Assembly (NCBI GenBank): GCA_030704615.1
Contig: CM060732.1
Coordinates: 78,430,001 to 78,494,000 of the forward strand
DNA length: 64,000 bases
From: Takakia lepidozioides
Taxonomy: Eukaryota; Plantae; Bryophyta
Direction of reading: 5' to 3'
The position numbers were made by a program, and so were the translations under genes. Each line of letters opens with the position of its first letter. Position 1 is the first letter of the stretch. The notes beneath the pieces were generated by a model, which saw only the letters and a program-made list of their open reading frames with translations, had not been told where the DNA came from and searched no databases. Positions 59,940 to 64,000 of the stretch are shown here, piece after piece.

Positions 59940-61110
59940 ATGGAGGAGATTTGGAGCAGGCTCCCATTCGAGTTAGTGATGGTAGTGTTGGCCTTTTTGC
60001 CATATCGAAGTCTTGTCCGCTTTCAGTCGGTTTGCAAGTTGTGGAATTCTCTCCCATCCACTGCTAGTTTCCAACAACTCTGTCAGCACCTCCCTCTTCA
60101 CCAAGACTCCTATCTCTTGTGTTTTGGCATATGCCCACATGTTTGCATGTTGTATACCCCTACAACTCGACGCTGGCACAAAATCGGCCTCAAACTCCCG
60201 AAAGATAATTTAGTATACAGAGTTGGTGCTGCAGATGGAGGCTTATTTCTTTGCACAACGGACGAGGGCGAGGCTGACTCACCATGGATTGTGTTCAATC
60301 CTCTCTTGAACAGTTCCAGCCGCCTGCCCTGCCTCTCGCCAACTCAACACATTTCCAGTCTGTGAACAGGGTGCACTTGATTGCGGATAGACGCAACAAG
60401 ACCTACAAGATCATTGTGATGTCACTTTATTGTCCTTACGATGTTTACAACACTTTGATACATTGTCACACATATATGACTCCATATCCGAGTGTTGGAC
60501 CGAGACCGGAAAGATGTCGGCACGTCAAGGGTGGTGGTGGTTGTGTGCAGGAAGTGTGATATGCGGCCTACTCTCTTTGCTCTGGTTTATGGACCAGGTG
60601 ACGGCGCCACTTTGATGGCTTATGACATTGGTGTCGATATGTGGACTCAAGTTGCTATAGACATGCCTATATTTGGTGGAGATGGTGTCTCTAGTCCGAG
60701 GCTTGTAGAGAGCGAGGGGCTCCTGTTTCTAGTTTGGGGTCGTGGTCGAGATCCATTCGTAGCAGCAATATGGGAGTTCAAAGATTCTACAAAGATTGCA
60801 GAGTGGGTGGAGATTGCAAGAAAGGAGTCTGCACCAAGGGCCCCATTGACCACTATTTTCAGGTGGTGAGCCATGACAATGTTATATTCATTTGGGCTGC
60901 CATACCCCATCGAGAAAGAGGGGTGCTAGATCGTGAGCTGGGAGCCTATGCTCCTGTGAGCCTGTGCTTACGTGAGCGGTACTGCCCCAGGATTTTGCAA
61001 AAAGGTATTGTACGCAATTCCGCGGATGGCACTCGCGGATACGATGTCCCTGTAGGCATGCCTGTGACAAGGTTATATGAAGAGCACAGTTGCCAAGGAT
61101 CCAACCGATA
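59940..61110 (+). pseudogene. F-box (kelch/FBA-like) gene, frameshifted
   Basis: MEEIWSRLPFELVMVVLAFLPYRSLVRFQSVCKLWNSL, then AADGGLF...VFNPL, YDSISECW and YDIGVDMW in different frames. Confidence 0.82.
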
Positions 61111-61154
61111 TTGATAGTGGGCACGGGGAAGGTGGTATAGTGGATGAGTAATTA

Positions 61155-61526
61155 GGGCCGCTTTACACTAGGGCCCAAGCCCAAGAAATCTTGGGCCCAA
61201 TTTCTACCACTCTTGGGCTGGTCTTGGCCAACTTCAACGGTCATGATCAAACAGTCATGATCGCACAAAAATAATCTATTTTAATACCAAACTTCTTGGG
61301 CCCAAGAGTTGAGAGTTGGGTCTCCATTCCAGGAGGGTTCCTTTTCCTTGGTCCGGCCCAAGAAGTTGGTGCCAAAACTTGTGCCACGTAGGCAAATCAC
61401 CCACTTCCATTTTCTTGGGCTCGGGCCATAGTGTAAAGCCGTTGGGCCCAATTTTCAGGCCTCCGCCAATGGGAATGCTCCATTCTCACTTGGTCGTGGG
61501 CTTGGGCCCTAGTGTAAAGTGGCCCC
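61155..61526. mobile_element. Tourist/Harbinger MITE
   Basis: TTA TSD at 61152-54 and 61527-29. 28-bp TIR GGGCC(G/A)CTTTACACTAGGGCCCAAGCCC. Confidence 0.88.
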
Positions 61527-62300
61527 TTAGGGTTTCTTTAGGGTTTCTTTAGGGTTTTTGGGGTTTTTTTTCCCGGCAGATGCCACTGAATTCTTTTTTT
61601 GTTTATTAGGGTTTTTAGTGTTTTTAGTGTTTTCTTATGGGGGTTTTATTTTCCCTGCAGATGCCACTGAAAGTAGGATTTCTTTTAGGGTTTTTAGGGT
61701 TTACGTAGGGTTTTTTTTAGTGTGCGGTGCCCACTAAAAGTGGTGTGTGGTGCCGCACACCTCTTTTCAAGATTTGTTTTTTTAGGGTTTTTTTTTAGTG
61801 TGCGGTGCCACTGAAAGAGGTGTGCGGTGCCGCACATCCATTTTCAGGGGTTTTTGTTTTTCATTTTTTGGGGTTTTTTTAAGGGTTTTAAGGGTTTTTT
61901 TAGTGGTTCCTTTTTAGTCTGCGGTGCCACTAAAAGAGGTGTGCGGTGCTGCACACCCCTTTTCAGGGGTTTTTTTTTTCATTTTTTGGGGTTTTTTTAA
62001 AGGTTTTTTTAGGGTTTTTAAAGGGTTTTTTAGGGGGTTTTTTTAGTGTGCGGTGCCACTAAAAGCGGTGTGCATCACCGCACACCTCTTTCAGGGTTTT
62101 CTTTTTCTTTTTTGGGGTTTTGTTTTAGGTTTTTAGGTTTTTTAGAGGTTTTTATTGTTTTTTCCCGGCAGATGTCACTGAAAGTACCGCACGCCACTTT
62201 CAGGGGTTTGTTTTAGGGTCTTTTGGGGGTTTTTTTGGCCTGCAGATGCCACTAAAAGTGATGTGTTGTGCCGCCCACCACTTTTAAGGGAAATTGTTTT
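61527..62300. repeat. Array of palindromic units of about 50 bp separated by telomere-like T/G-rich spacers
   Basis: About 8 GCCACT(G/A)AAAG units, several followed by AGGTGTGCGG-tg-CCGCACACCT hairpins. Spacers are TTTAGGG-like. Confidence 0.8.
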
Positions 62301-62786
62301 TGTTTTTTTTTTGGCAATTGCCGCTCAAAATGGTGTAGTCTTGTTTGAAATATGCAGCATAGGTCAGCACTTGACAGTCCTACCTATTCATTGAAGCCAT
62401 GTGCTTTTCTTTCATAAGGGGGTCTAATGTCATCATAGTTTACATGCCTATTCCCACGGTTTTAGGTCCAGCGGAAACAGATGCTCTTTCTTCGACCGCC
62501 AGTCCTATAGCATTTGCTGACGTGGCCTTCGCTCGCGCTGACGTGGCCTGAGCGTGGGCTCACGCCACGTCGGCCCAGCGTGAGCGTGCGCTCACCGGTC
62601 ACGCCGTAGCGTCGCTCATCCAGAAGTTGTGATGTATGACATGAAGCAACACACATGGACATCTGACTTACAAACTGGGACCAAGGAATGCGTGAGTGTT
62701 CAGGGTTTTGATAGCGGTCTTAGTTTAGGTGCAAAAGTGTAGACAAGCTTTCTATTTTTTCAAATAATTAGACAGGGACCAACAAT

Positions 62787-62850
62787 TAGTAGCTCAATTG
62801 GTTAGCGCAGTGCCCCCAGATGATTCTGGGATTAAATCCTGCTACCTTGT
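62787..62850 (+). mobile_element. tRNA-derived SINE head, same family as 13478
   Basis: agtagctcaattggttag...cccagatgattctgggattaaatcctgctac. Confidence 0.55.
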
Positions 62851-64000
62851 TTAGGACTCCTCCTCCTCTCTCTCTCTCATTTGGGTTTTTTGTTTGTTTA
62901 GGGTGTGGTGCGCGGTTTTCTTGCTATAGCCTCAGTGACCTATGAGGCACATTATTTTTCTTACCATGTTTGGGAATTGAAATTGATGGGTGGATCTTGA
63001 ATTATATCTTAATTCTTGTGTCATCATGTACCTATATATTGTGAAGGAGCCATGTATATGTATGGGACATCCTGAAAGAATATGTCCTAAAGTAAAATTT
63101 ACCATTCGGATTTTTTCCAGCCAAATATGATTCTATTTCTAATTATTCTCAATTCTTTAAATTAATTAGGACCCGAACCCATGACTCAAAGTGCCACATA
63201 TTCATACTCAGGTTTTCATCACAAAAATGGATCTGATATTGGTATCAAGTACAAAACCTTCAACCACATACTAGGCTGGTAGGGTATCGCCCATAGTATT
63301 TAGTAAAAACAATACTAGGCCAATATGGATACCGTTTTTGCCTATGATATTCGTCAGGACCCTGCCGGACTAATTAATTATTATTTTTAAAAATGTCCAA
63401 CAGGTTTTTTGGAATTTTTGCAGTTCCGGCAATGATCATGATAAATAATAATAATAAATCATTCATTTTAGCGACGACTGAAGGTGGGAGACTAGTTTAG
63501 CGTAGAGCAGGAATGGGGTGCCATAGTGCCACATCATCATCACCATGTCATCGCCGGCACGTTTCGTAGCCACGTCATTATCGTCAAATTTGTTGGAACT
63601 TGCCCGAAATGCCCGAATAACCGGGAGATGCCCTGTTGTAGCGCGGGGAAGGGATGATGATGTCCCCGTGTGCTTGAGCGCATAGGGGTTGCAAACACCG
63701 ATCATAGACGGAGACATTTGCAGATTATAAGTACACCGCATGAGCTCTCACAGCTGGAATTTGCACGATGGTGGGACAACCGCAATCGCAAAGTGTGGCT
63801 TTTTCTTAATGTATGACGTGAAGAAGTTTGTCCATCCTGCAAATGTGGCCTCTTGGCTCCTGTTAGTACCATGATTTGTTATTCTTCTGGATGTTTACAA
63901 AGTCCTTGGGAGAGTCAGCTTGGTCTTAGTAGGCCGTCTTTCAATCTCTGTCTGCTCAGCTGCACCATGGTGGTTATCACAAATCAATATATGTCATGCA

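Noticed and set aside
61527-62300. CRISPR array
   Set aside because: Eukaryotic context, low-complexity spacers of variable length, degenerate repeats and no cas genes.

Overview
Eukaryotic nuclear DNA from a land plant, most likely a seed-free lineage. The clues are spliced genes, large PLS-class PPR-DYW arrays and telo-boxes; the species cannot be determined. Host content: an intact RPL12, a DDX55/Spb4-type DEAD-box helicase head-to-head with an RPL17 copy carrying an in-frame stop, a decayed F-box gene, and two large degenerate PPR-E-DYW arrays with orphan host exons (ALY/LIN9 SANT, SEC-C). Mobile elements: a canonical Ty3/Gypsy 5' half nested in a MULE, a decayed L1-like LINE, Harbinger MITEs, TTAA/CCC piggyBac-like MITEs and tRNA-derived SINE heads. 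The standout is a very young 12.15-kb Ty3/Gypsy-like retroelement (21722-33872, minus strand, GGGG TSD) inserted into a PPR repeat. Its polyprotein is Gag - protease - DNMT3-like C5 cytosine methyltransferase - [TAG CAA CCA] - RT - RNaseH - DDE integrase - PHD finger. It lacks an ordinary LTR pair and instead has split direct repeats (sense order B-internal-A-gc-B-A). This is exactly a 2-LTR circle opened at a palindromic GACA-GC-TGTC site inside one LTR. A self-complementary sequence replaces the tRNA primer-binding site. All homology calls come from motif recognition by eye; no searches were run.
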